In this document: positions 13,209-26,423 of the stretch, piece by piece
Numbering within the stretch: position 1 is the stretch's first letter
Layout of the letters: every line of letters begins with the position of its first letter
From: Welwitschia mirabilis
Lineage: Eukaryota
Reading direction: 5' to 3'
NCBI GenBank assembly: GCA_051453625.1
Contig: JBOZIK010000001.1
Span: forward strand, 14,623,232 to 14,679,206
DNA: 55,975 bases
Made by a program: the position numbers and the translations under genes
Notes under the pieces: model-generated
Told to the model about the DNA's origin: nothing
Databases searched by the model: none
What the model saw: the letters and a program-made list of their open reading frames with translations, nothing else

Positions 13209-14973
13209 AATGAAAGATCTACAAATCCTAGAGGGAGGTGAATAGGAATTTTAAAAAGTTTAAACAACTATTACTACCCAAAGAATAAATTATAAAATTA
13301 AAAAATAATAAAATAAACTCATAAGCAGAACCAAAGTAATGCACAAGAAAAGATTTATAGTAGTTTAGAATAAATCCTACTCCACTCTCAAAATAAAACC
13401 AACAATCAAGACTATTTTAAATCTTTATTACTTCNNNNNNNNNNNNNNNNNNNNNNNNNNNNNNNNNNNNNNNNNNNNNNNNNNNNNNNNNNNNNNNNNN
13501 NNNNNNNNNNNNNNNNNNNNNNNNNNNNNNNNNNAGTTCATCAAATTTTATAGTAGGCCTTTCACATTCTTGATATAATTCATGACATGTATCTTCAACC
13601 TCATCCTTTTTTTCATCTTCACTCATGTCCAAATCATTATGTTCAGTAAATTTTAGTGACTAAGTAGTGGAGGTTATAAGTGCCATGAAAGGTAATGTTC
13701 TACTTGCTTCAAATTCTTCATTTAAGCTTTCTTCTTCATCTTCTTCAAGGTTATTCCAAGTGGCTACTTGTGACGTATTACTTAGGTTTTTTAGTTTTTT
13801 ATTATAGGTATAATTATTTTCTATATATCTAAAACCTTTGTTAATTTATCCATTTCTTATGTTTGATAAAAATGTTTCAAATTTTCTTGTTAAAATAACT
13901 ACTTCATCTAATTCATCCTCTAATTTGTTACTTTTTGTATCTTCTTGCATACTTTTTATAAAGCTTTTATTTTTATTCTTAGAGAATTTTAACTCATAAG
14001 TTTAAAGGCTACTTTGTAGTTAGTCTGATGTCATCTTACTAAGATCTTTACTTTCTTCAATTATAGTCACCTTTGGTTTAATCTCTTGGGAAGGGATCTT
14101 ATTCCCCCATCCTTTTTTTAAGACTTACCATGAATTCTACAATGTATATTATTCTAGCAAAGAATTATTAAAGAGTTTCTTTCTTATTCATCTTAATATC
14201 TTAAAATTTTTGTAATCAACATCTACATTTTTTATTACTTAATAGTGGATGTCCCTTCATGAGTAATAGCAAGAATATCCCATACTTTTAGTAATCTCAT
14301 AGTTCACTATTATTTTGAATACGTCTATAGTCATAGCATAAAAAATTACATTCAAGGTACAAGCATTAATAGTATCATTAACTTTATCTAGTGAAGTCCA
14401 TTTATCTTTTCATTTTAACATAACCGTAATATTGCTTTCTTCATCTTTTTGAGTTCTGATAGGGTGACTATAGCCTTTGATCAATATATATTCATAATCT
14501 ACATCAAGAGATATTATGAATATTCTTATTCTAGACTTTCAATATCCATATTTTATTCCATCAAACAATAGAGGCTTAGAAATAGAGAAACCTTCTATAA
14601 TAAATCTCATAACTATGGTTATTTCCACTAAAATCGTATTGATGTCTCAACCTAGGTCTTTGGTACCAAATAAAAGATCTACAAATCCTATAGGAAGGTG
14701 AATAGGAATTTTAAAAAGTTTAAGAAACTATTACTATCTAAGGAATAAATTATAAAATTAAAAAAATAATAAAATCAACTCATAATCAGAACCAAAGTAA
14801 TGCACAATAAAATATTTNNNNNNNNNNCCTTTTAATGTTCATAGTTTATTCCATCAAATAATAGAGGCTTAGAAATCGAGAAACCTTCTATAATAAATCT
14901 CATAACTATGGTTATTAAGTTAAAGATCCACTAAAATCCTAGTAATATCTTAACCTAGGGCTTTGGTACCAAA

Positions 14974-17315
14974 TGAAAGATCTAAAAATCCTAGAGGGAG
15001 GTGAATAGGAATTTTAAAAAGTTTAAATAACTATTACTATCCAAGGAATAAATTATAAAATTAAAAAATAATATAATCAACTTATAAGCAGAACCAAAGT
15101 AATGCACAAGAAAAGATTTATAGTGGTTTAGGATAAACCCTACTCCACTCTGAAAGATAGCTAATAACCAGGACTATTTTAAATCTCTATTACTTCATTA
15201 TCCACCAGGTTTTTAAGGTTAAACTTCAACCTTTACAAAGTAAACTTTTGAAAGCTAAGCCTTAACCTCCATAAAACAACTTTTTTAGGCTAATTCTTAA
15301 CCTTTATAAAATGGACTTTTGTAAGCTAAGTCTCAACCTTTATAAAATGGACTTTTCTATGCTAAGNNNNNNNNNNNNNNNNNNNNNNNNNNNNNNNNNN
15401 NNNNNNNNNNNNNNNNNNNNNNNNNNNNNNNNNNNNNNNNNNNNNNNNNNNNNNNNNNNNNNNNNNTCCTTCATAAAACAACTTTTTTAGGCTAATTCTT
15501 AACCTTTATAAAATGTACTTTTGTAGGCTAAGTTTCAACCTCTATAAAATGGAGTTTTTTATGATAAGCCTTAATCTTTACAAAATATTCAAGAGTAAGT
15601 GATGGAATGAATCCTTTATGCTATAAGTTACTCAAATGTAAGGACCAACAATGGAGATTCATTATGCAGATCTAGTTCAATGGTAGGTACTAAGAGAGAA
15701 AGAAGAATGATGTTACAAAGTTAATGATTCTAAATTAAAATCATACCCTACTTTGTTAATCAATTCAATCTCTCATTGAGTTTTGAGTATAGCCTTTTTA
15801 AATAGATCTCTAAAAAATATAATTGTTAGTAGTTGAAAAGAAATTTGACATTTACAATGGATAGATTAAATGAGATAATAGTTAGAAAACCATTTCAACT
15901 TTGGTTATTTATGCAAGTTCGGTTAACCATATGAATTATCTAGTTAATCCAATCCTAAAACTACATATTGTGTGGTTGACCTCATCTACATCTAATTGAT
16001 CCCACCTATAGGTGATAGACCCCATCTACATTCAATTGATCCAACTTAAATTATCTCAAAATGAAGATTTCTAGATCCAATCAGCCTAAGGATGATCTAG
16101 TTGATTTGTATTTTTTAGTTTTTAGATAGAAAATAAAGCAACAACAATTAAAACATGTTTAAATCTTGACTATATTTTAGTAATAAATCCCTTAACTCCT
16201 TACATTTATAAAATCACATTCTATTCTTCAAAGATCATATTATTTTAAATTCTAATATATTATTCAATGAATGGCACTATAAGATAAGGTATGAGCATAT
16301 AGCTTACATTAATAATATTACATGTTATCACTAAAATAAAAATGGTCATTATCAATTTAATTTTCCTTTCAATTCTAACACTAGATATTATGCTAATAGT
16401 ACCAAAAGGCAAAGAAGTAAGGTACAATATCTTGTATAGTCTAAACCAAAGAAAATATGGATTGCAAAATCAATACCAAATCTATTAGATTAGATTACAC
16501 TATAGGCTATGAAAAAATGTCTCTTATATGNNNNNNNNNNNNNNNNNNNNNNNNNNNNNNNNNNNNNNNNNNNNNNNNNNNNNNNNNNNNNNNNNNNNNN
16601 NNNNNNNNNNNNNNNNNNNNNNNNNNNNNNCAAGAGTAAGTGATGGGATTAATCCTTTGTACTATCAATCACTAAAATGTAAGGACGAATAATGGAGATT
16701 CATTATGAAGATCTAATGCAATGGTAGGAACTGAGAGAGAAAGAAGAATGCTATTACAAAGTTAAGGATTTTAAATTAAAATCATAGCCTACTTTTTTAA
16801 TTAGTTTAATCTCTCATTGAGTTTTGAGTATAGCCTTTATAAATAGATCTCCAAAAAAATATTTTTTAGAAGTTGAAAAGAAATTTGACATTTACAACGG
16901 ATAGATTAGATGAGATAATAGTCAGAAAACCATTTCAATTTTGTTCATTTATGCAAGTTCAGTTGACTATATAAATCATTTAGTTAATCCCTTTTTAAGA
17001 CTACATATAGTATGGTTGACCCCATCTACATATGGTTGATACCACTTATAGGTGATAGACCTCATCTACATCTAATTGATCCAACTTGAAGTAGCCAAAA
17101 ATGGATACTTCTAGATTCTATCAGCCTAAGGGTGATCTATTCGATCTATAGTTTAAGTCTTTAGATAGAACATAAATCAACTATAATCAAAACATGTTTA
17201 AGTATTGACTATATTTTAGTTATAAATCCCTTAATTTCCTACATCTATAAAATCACATTTCATTTTACATAGATCATATTATTTTAACATCAACTGATAG
17301 TATAAAATCCTAATA
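14974..17315 (-). repeat. 5' LTR of the gag-only element (14974-16256, with a diverged second copy at 16631-17315)
   Basis: Adjacent to the PBS, with the same arrays as the 3' LTR. The outer end cctaata is a decayed ..AACA abutting plus-strand Copia sequence. Confidence 0.75.
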
Positions 17316-18230
17316 TGTTATTCAATAAATGGCACTATAAGATAAGGTATGAGCATATAGATTACACTAATAGTACTACATGTTACCACTACAATAGAAA
17401 TAGTCATTATCAATTTAATTGTCCTTTCAATTATAACACTAGATATTATGCTAATAGTGCCAAAAGGCAAAGAAGTAAGGTATAATATCTTGTGTAGGCT
17501 AAACCAAAGAAGATATGGATTGCAAAGTTAATACCAAATCTCTTAGTTTAGATTACACTACAATCTATGAAAAAATGTCCCTTATATCTTGATAGTGAAT
17601 GTTTAAGACATATGACTAGTGATAAATCTAGTTTTATCACCTTGGTTGAGTAAGACAAAGAAGTGATCACTTTTGGTGACAATACAAAGGCTCCAATTAG
17701 AAGCATTAAAATCATTAGAGGAGGTAATTTACCTAAGGTAAAACATGTTTTTTATATCAAATAGTTACAACATAATCTACTTAGTGTCATTTAATTATGT
17801 AATGAAATTTTTTAACTTTCATTAAAGGTAATTATGTCATTAAAGAGTGTAATTCACATAAGGTGTTATTTATTAAAATTAGAAAATCGAATGTTTATAT
17901 CACTACATTACAAAATATTTCTAACAAAGAAACTAGGTGTCTATTAAGTACTATAGGTGAATCAAAGCTATGATATAAAAAGCTTAGTCATGTAAATAAG
18001 AACCTTTAAAGACTCTATCTTTATTAGATATGAGAAGAGGACTTTCCCAGTTGCAAAGTTTTGATGATTAGATATGTGAGGTTTGTTAAAAAGGAAAGAA
18101 AATAAGGATAATATTTCATTATTAAAACACTATAACTAATAAACACCCTTTATATCTTTTGTATCTTGATATTGGTTATCCTTCTCCCACTAAAAGAAAC
18201 TATATTACCTAACTATTATTAATGATTATT
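17316..18230 (+). pseudogene. pol: Copia gag end, protease, GAG-pre-integrase and integrase N-terminus (partial copies at 16257-16530 and 19061-19325)
   Basis: AKPKKIWIAK; YLDSECLRHMTSDKS (WYLDSGCSRHMTGD); VITFGDN; HNLLSV; L*YKKLSHVN (LWHxRLGH); CEVC*KGK; LTIINDYS. Confidence 0.88.
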
Positions 18231-20499
18231 CTTTTGAAAGAAACAAGTATTATATTAACTTGGAGAATTTACATAAGGGGGTAAAAATGCCTTGAATTAA
18301 AGGAAAAAATTAATCTTATTGGTAAAAAGAACTATTCTATTATAGTCACAAGAATATACTACATACAAGAAAAGATTAGGGGTGATAGCGTCCCTAAGAA
18401 CTGTGATTAAGTAAGAGCTAGTAAGAAGTAAATCTATACTAAGGAAAACCAAAAATAACAAGGGTCTAGTATCTCTTGCAATTGAGGAAGAGGTTTCCAT
18501 AATGGTTCTCAAGTGGGAATCATCTTATATCATTTGCTAACACTTCAAATATCTAATTAACCTCCTTAAACTACTCATCTCATGCCTGATTCTTGTTTGG
18601 ATGCAATTTGAATGCCTTCTTCTAATAACTTCACTTAATGGCTTACAATTGAGATATGTGTGAGATACCTAGAGTTACAAAAGGGTATATTTTTAAACCA
18701 TGGATTATAGCAAGTAAAACTTCCCTTTTCACAAGGTCCAAATCACTAGCTTCATAAGGCCCATAACATTCTCTTCTGAGAAAGAATCCAAAGGGGAGTT
18801 TGACTCTTATTTATGATTAGGGATACCTTTAGTTTAGAAGGCTTCTTGATCATGATCTTGGGACTATTGTTTTTTCTTCTAGTATTTAGATGAAGGATTT
18901 GCTTAAAGAGTCTCTTCCTATGGTAGGGAAAATTCACCTTTTTAATTTGAACTTCCTAGGNNNNNNNNNNNNNNNNNNNNNNNNNNNNNNNNNNNNNNNN
19001 NNNNNNNNNNNNNNNNNNNNNNNNNNNNNNNNNNNNNNNNNNNNNNNNNNNNNNNNNNNNCATAAAAAGCTTAATCATTAAATAAGAATCTTTGAAGACT
19101 CTATGTTTAATAGATATGAGAAGATGACTTTTCAAGTTGTAAAGTTTTGATGATTAGGTATGTGAGGTTTATTGAAAAGAAAAGCAAACAAGGATAAGAT
19201 TTCATAATGAAAACTCTATAACTACTAAACACCCTTTATATCTTTTGTATCTTGATATTGTTCCTTTTCTCCCACTAAAAGTTTTAATAAGAAACTATAT
19301 TAACTAACTATTATTAATGATTATTCTTTTAAAAGAAACAAGTATTATATTAACTTGGAGAATTTACATAACAGGGTAAAAATGCCCTAACTTAAAGTAA
19401 AAAAGTAATCTAATTATCAAAAAGGACTATTTTATTATAGTCACAAGAATATACTATATACAAGGCAAGATTAAGGATGATAATATAAGAATTATGATTA
19501 AGTAAGAGCTAGTAAAAGCTAAAATTATACTAAGGAAAACCAAAAAGAACAAGGCACTAGTATATCCTACAATTGGGGAAGAGGTTGCCATAATGGTGCT
19601 TAAGTGGAAATCATTCCATATCATTTTCTAACACTTCAAATACCTAATTAACCTCCTTAAACTCATTAAATCATGTCTGATTCTTATTTAGATGTAATTT
19701 GATTACCTTCTTCTAATAACTCCACTTAATGGCTTATAATTGAGATCTGTAAGATTTGTAGAGTTACAAAAGGGTATCTTTTTAAACCATGAATTGTGGC
19801 AAGAAAGAATTCCCTTTTTGCAAGGTCCAAATTAATGGCTTCATGAGGCTCATAACATTTTTTTCTAAGAAAGAATCCAAAGGGAAGCTTGACTCTATTT
19901 ATAATTAGAGCTACCTTTAGTTTCAAATGCCTCTTAATCATGACCTTGGAACTATTATTTTTTCTTATAGGATTTAGCTAAGGTTTTTCCTAAATAGTCT
20001 CTTCCTATGATAGGGAAAATTCACCTTTTTGGTTGGAACTTCCTAGGACAAATTTGTCCCTCTCTGAGAGTAGAAACTTTCTAGCTTGAAATCCCTCTTA
20101 AGATGAAAGTATTTATTAACTATAGCCCTTCTCTTTATTTTCTCTTATAAGGAATCTCCTGAGAGTTACATAGCTAAGGAAGGAAAAAGGGAAGATGCCT
20201 CATGTTTCCTTACATTTATTGTAGCCCTTTAAAGTATCATAACTAATCCTAAGTATCTAGCTAAGTATTTGCATTATAAAGCTTGGATTAAAAACTAAGT
20301 AAGATTAACCTAGTGTCTTAGGTATAAATCTTTTATAAAGGAAANNNNNNNNNNNNNNNNNNNNNNNNNNNNNNNNNNNNNNNNNNNNNNNNNNNNNNNN
20401 NNNNNNNNNNNNNNNNNNNNNNNNNNNNNNNNNNNNNNNNNNNNTGATAGTGTCCCTAAGAACTATGATTAAGTAAGAGCTAGTAAGAACTAAAGCTAT

Positions 20500-23400
20500 A
20501 CTAAGGAAAACCAAAGATAACAAGGGTCTAGTATCTCTTGCAATTGGGGAAGAGGTTTGCATGATGGTGCTCAAGTGGGAATCATCCTATATCATTTGCT
20601 AATGCTTCAAATACATAATTAACCTCCTTAAACTACTCAGCTCATCCTTGATTCATGTTTGGATGCAATTTAAGTGCCTTCTTCTAGTAACTCCACTTAG
20701 TGGCTTACAATTGAAATTTCTGTGAGATATCTAGAGTTACAAAAGGGCATCTTTTTAAACCATTAATTGTAGCAAGCAAGACTTCCCTTTTTGAAAGGTC
20801 CAAATCAATGGTTTCATGAGGCCTATAGCGTTCTCTTCTGAGAAAGAATCTAAAGGGGAGTTCGACTCTTATTTATAATTAGGGCTACCTTTAGTTTGGA
20901 AGGCCTCTTGATCATGATCTTGGGACTATTATTTTTGCTCCTAGGATTTAAATGGTGGATTTTCCTAAAGAGTCTCTTCTTATGGTAGGGGAAATTCACC
21001 TTTTTTGTTTGAACTTCCTAGGGCAAAGTTGTCCTTCTCTGAAAGTAGGAACTTCCCAGCTCAGAATCCCTCTTGAGATGAGAGGATTTATTAACTATAG
21101 CCCTCCTCTTTATTTTCTCTTAAAAGGGATCTCTTGAAAGTTACATCACTAAGGAAAGGGAAACGAGGAGAGGTCTCATGTTTCCTTATGTTCCTTGTAG
21201 CCTTTTAAAGTTCCATAACTAATCCTAAGCATCTAGCTAAGTCTTTGCATTATAAATCTTGGATAACAAAATGAGGAAGCTTAACCTAGTCTAAAGCTTT
21301 AAGAAAGGCAAAGTGCATTTCAGCCTTCAAATCCCATGGGGTTAAAAGAACCCTATAGCTAATATGCCTCCTAGGTAATTTTGGTACATCACTTGGAAAG
21401 AAATAAGATTCCTTCCACTAACCTCTACTCCTAAAAGGAATTATTTTTTTTTGCGACTAGGATGTCTAAGAGGTGGGATATGGGATATAGAGTCTTTTAT
21501 TATTTCAATGGAGACTCTCTTAAAAGTAGTCCTTTACCTCTTCCATCTTCTATAGAAGGGGGTAATATTAGTATCCAGTTCTTCTTTGAGCTTATGCAAG
21601 AAATCTTTCCATCCAAAAGCTTGCACCTTATCCTATAGTTCAAGGAATCCTTTAAATAAGCTAGGATTTATTAAATATATGGTTGTATTTACACCCATAT
21701 CTCCTATTATTTACAAGTGATACTACTTCATATTCTTGATTATATTTATAGGAAATGGGAGGGGGGTGCTATTGAATACCCATTTATTTCATGTACATCA
21801 TATGTAATAAAGAGTTAGCCAAATCTTATCTTTTTTATAACTTTCAGCTACATTATAGTGATTGTAATATCTCTTCATAATTGTCATTAATTTGAAGCTT
21901 CACCTACATTAATGAAAGAGGTTATGAGAATCTTCATGACAAGATTGGCAGATCGGAAAAGTGAAGTCAACCTGCAAGCTTTTCTTAAGTAATTGATTCC
22001 TTATAATAATTTGATTGTATTCCTTCAACAAACAAAAAATCTCATTTTTATCAGGAATTTTCCCCTTCTAAAACTTTTTACGAGCATCATTTTTTCCATA
22101 CTTTTTGATCAAGATCTTCTTGATCATGTCTTTATTACAATATTTTAATTCCATTAAGTTTCCTCTAGCTTTTCTGAGATGTTTTCTAAGGTAAGATTCC
22201 TCCTCTTTATTATTCCAATTAGGATTTGTTACTTATAAGATCACACCATGGTTTTCCTCCCTTAGATAGCCTTTTAAGAACTTGATGTGCACCTATAAGA
22301 AGATATTTTTTTGGTGTTTAAATTTTTCAACTTTCTAACTCCTTAGGATGATCTATGATCTTCCATTCGCAAATATGAATGCAGTTCCTATCTTTACCTC
22401 TTGATCAAATGAATTCTTTTAATATTCTATTTATTTTTTTAATATTTTTATTTGAGGAGGCGATAACAAAGGCTATGTATATGAAAGAAGATATTAAGCA
22501 TAAATTTGATAAAATAATCTTTACTTTAAAAGAAAGTAAGTTATTGTGACAGGTGTTGCATTGTCTCTAAATAGATTCTAGGATGTAGTTTCAAGTGAAG
22601 GTTTTGTGCTAATTCCACAGTGGGATTTCTAAGTAAATGTCTTCAAGGTCTTTCATTTTGCTATTTAATTCACTCCCTTTAATGATGCTTCTATCATAAT
22701 ATGAATTCTAGATTTATTCCAATTAGATCAGAGAACCATGCTTCTACAAAGAGATTCATGGAGTTCTTTATGGCTCTTTCTTGTTGGCAAGATGCTTTAG
22801 TTATAATAATTATATCATTATCATAGTGGTTATTAATCAATGTTTGACCTCCTATTATGATGTCGGTTACTCCATAGATTTTAAGAAATCCCTCTAATAC
22901 ATACATACTAAATAGGAAAAGATATGGAAATAAAGGGTCCCCTTGGCTTAATCTTCAACCTACTAAAAAGAACTTGGATCTATGATTATTAGCTTATACT
23001 TTGAATTTAGCTGAAGCTTGCATATCTAACCATAGGTTCATGATGTCTAGATTAAATCTGATTTTCCTAAGAATACAACCTAGTGTTTGATAGCTAATAG
23101 AATCATAAGATTTTCCTATATTTAATTTAGTAATAAGTAAAGGAAATTTATGCTTTTTAATAGAATGAGTGGTTTCATGGGTTAAGAAAATTTGGTCCTA
23201 AATGTGCCCAGATTGGCTAAAGCTAGTTTGATTCTCACAGCTCACTTTGAGGAGGAAGGGGGTGATATGGCCCACCACTATTTTTGCAAAGATTCTGTAT
23301 AGAACATTGCAAATAACTAATGATCTAAAGTCTTCTAGTTTGTTAGCATCTTATTTTTTGGGACTAAAGACAAACCTGGTTCTATTAATTTCCCTTGGAA

Positions 23401-26400
23401 TGTATTTATAATGTAGAATCTCCTGCATTACATGATAAAATTTATTCTCCTTAATAAAGAAATAATTCTTGAAAAGTTCGACTAGCCAGCTATCTATTCC
23501 TAGAGCTCTGTTTCTCTTCATTAACCTCATTGCTAATTAAATTTCTTCTCTGCCTAAGGGTTTAGTAAGATGAGTGTTATCCTCATTATAAATTCTCTTA
23601 TCTTCTAGAATAATTTCAAGGGTAATATCATCCCACTTCCATGTTTTCTTAAGATGGATCTATATTTTCTTAGCTATTTCCTCTTTGTTTTTGACTACCT
23701 ATTTCCTAATGATAAGCCTTTTAATTCCATTATCTACTCTATGCTAGTTGACTTACTGAAATAAAAACTTAATATGTTTGTTCCCCTCTTTAAGCTATAT
23801 AGTCCTTCATCTTTACCTCCAATAACTTTTCTTATCTGCATTTATTTCATGGAGTTTAATGAGATAATAGTATTTCCTACTACATAGGTTATCTTGACCT
23901 TCTCCATCTTTTTGATTAGATTGAAATTTCTATGACTCTTCTTATAGGTCTTTTTTTGATTAAAATCTTTTTTATCTTTCCTTCTTCAATCCTTAACATT
24001 TGCTCTAAGGATGTGTAAACTGCTATAGAAAAAAGTAAGAGGGTGTATGTAGTTATATTAGTTCTATATCTTTTCAACTAATGTCCTAGTTTCTATCCTT
24101 AAGATCTAGTAGTATTTCATCTAAAAAGAGGCTTTAGGAGATGTAATTACCCCTATTCTATATTTGATAGGTTAGTAATCTAAGGCTATTTTATTCAGCC
24201 AGTAACCTTTAATTATGAGGTTTACTATATCCTTTTCAATGAGAATTTTGTGTATTTTCAACATTACCTAGTTTCCTCATGTACTTCTATTCGACTAGGT
24301 GTATTTACACCTTGAAAGTAGTAGATATAAAAGGTCATTCTGCATCATAAATCTCTAAGAATTGCTATTTCTCTATTGTTCTAAATTTTAACCCCCCATT
24401 TTCTCCCANNNNNNNNNNNNNNNNNNNNNNNNNNNNNNNNNNNNNNNNNNNNNNNNNNNNNNNNNNNNNNNNNNNNNNNNNNNNNNNNNNNNNNNNNNNN
24501 NNNNNNNNTCATAATAGATAGAAAAAGATATCGAAATAAAGGGTCCCCTTAGCTTAATCTTCAACCTACTGAAAAAAACTTGGATTTGTGGTTGTTAACT
24601 TCCACTCTGAATTTAGCTAAAGCTTGTATATGTAACCGTAGGTTGATGATGTCTAGATTAAATTTGATTTTCCTAAGAATACAACCTAGTATTTTCTAGC
24701 TAATAGAATTATAATCTTTTCCTATATCTAATTTAGTAATAAATAAAAGAAATTTATGATTTTTAATAGAATGAATGATTTTATGGGTTAAGTAAATTGT
24801 TCCTAAATGTACCTAGATCTACTAAGGCCAACTTGATTCTTAAAGAATACTTTAAGAAGCAAGGGGATGATATGGCTCATCATTATCTTTGCAAAGATCT
24901 TATATAGAATGTTGTAGATGCCTAATGATCTGAATTCTTCTAATTTATTGGCATCCTGTTTTTTTAAGAATAAAGACAATTCTGGTTCTATTCATTTCCC
25001 TTAGAATGTATTTATTATGTAGAATATCTTGTATTACATTGTAAAAATTATTCTCCCCGATAAAGAAATAAGTCTTGAAAAGTTCAACTGGTCATCTACC
25101 TGACCCTAGAGATCTGTTGCTCTTCATTGACCTCATTGCTAACTAAATTTTTTTGCTATCCAAGGGTTTAGTAAGATAAGTGTTATTCTCATTAGAAATT
25201 CTCTTATCTTCTATAATAATTTTAAGGGTAATATCATCCCACTTCCATGTTTTTTTAAGATGGTTCTATATTTTCTTACCTATTTCCTCTTTGTTTTCAA
25301 CTACTTGTTCCCTAATAATAAGCCATTTGATTTTGTAATCTACTCTATGCTAGTTGACTTACTAGAATAAAAACTTGATATGTCTGTCCCCCTCTATAAG
25401 CCAAATAGTGCCTGACCTTTCCCTTCAATAAATTTTCTTGTCTACATTTATTTCATGGAGTTCAATGAGATAATGGTATTTCCTACTATAGAGATTATCT
25501 TGATCTCCTCCATCTTTTTGATTAGATTAAAATTCCTATAACTCTTTCTATAGGTTCTTTTTTGATTAAAATCTTTTTTTATCTTTCCTTTTTTAATCCT
25601 TAATATGTGTTCTAAGTGTGTTTAAGCATATATTAAAAAAAAAGTAAGACGGTGTCTGTAGTTATATTAATTCTATATCTTTTCAACTAATATTCTAGTT
25701 TCTATTCTTGTGATCTAGTAGTATTCCATCTGAAAAGAGGCTTTAGGGAGCATAATTGTCCCTATTCTATATTTGATAGGTTAGTGATCCAAGGCTATTC
25801 TATTCAATCCATAAGATTCAATTATGAGCTTTACTATATCCTTTCCAATGTGAAATTTCAATATTTTGAACATCACCTACTTACATCACATACTTCTATT
25901 GGACTGGGTGTATTTACACCTTGAAAGTAGTGGATATGAAAGATCATTCTGCATTATAAACTCTCTAAGAATTGCTATTTCTCTATTGTTCTAAATTTTA
26001 CCCCCCATTTTCTCCTAGTGACATAGATGTTGATTAAAATCCCTCACTATTAGCCACTTGATCTTATTCACCACTATCTTCTAAAAGTCCTCTAAGGTGG
26101 AGGCTTTATCTGTGTTTTTTTAAGGGTTGTAAACATTTATTATGGTTTATTCTTCTTCCTTTATAAAGATAGTTAGTTGATTCTTACTTTTATTAACTAA
26201 TTCTATCTCCTTATTCAGCAAAGTCATAAGACCTCCTAAGTTTTCTTGAGATATAGAGGTGAAGATGTTCCACTATTACTCTAGATTTTCTAATTTCATG
26301 TCATATTGCATTTTTATTTCCTATAGTAAACTATTTTAATATTACATTTATTTACCAAATCTCTTAAGGTCTTTTTCTTATAGGAGACTCTAATCCCTTG

Positions 26401-26423
26401 TAATTCCATATGAGATAATCCAT
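20500..26423 (-). pseudogene. LINE ORF2 pseudogene (AP endonuclease, RT, C-terminal RNase H-like region)
   Basis: Start MDYLIWNYKGL (WNxRGL); RALGIDS (KAPGPDG); FRSLVICNVLYRIFAK (FRPISLCNVxYK); LSQGDPLFPYLF (~22920-22955); HYDNDIII (FADD); YLEIP. Confidence 0.88.

Larger units (their letters stand above)
8190..17315 (-). mobile_element. Non-autonomous, gag-only Copia (SIRE-like) LTR element with internal segments duplicated across gaps
   Basis: On the minus strand: 5' LTR, PBS TGGTACTAGAGC, gag, ~2 kb non-coding sequence, PPT AAGGGGGAGAT, 3' LTR. No PR/INT/RT motifs are seen between gag and the PPT. Confidence 0.75.

Noticed and set aside
18297..18512. Hydrophobic 71-aa ORF (also 20305-20574) as a membrane peptide
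   Set aside because: It lies at the T-rich 3' end of the LINE, starts at a non-ATG codon in this copy, and is not called in the third copy.
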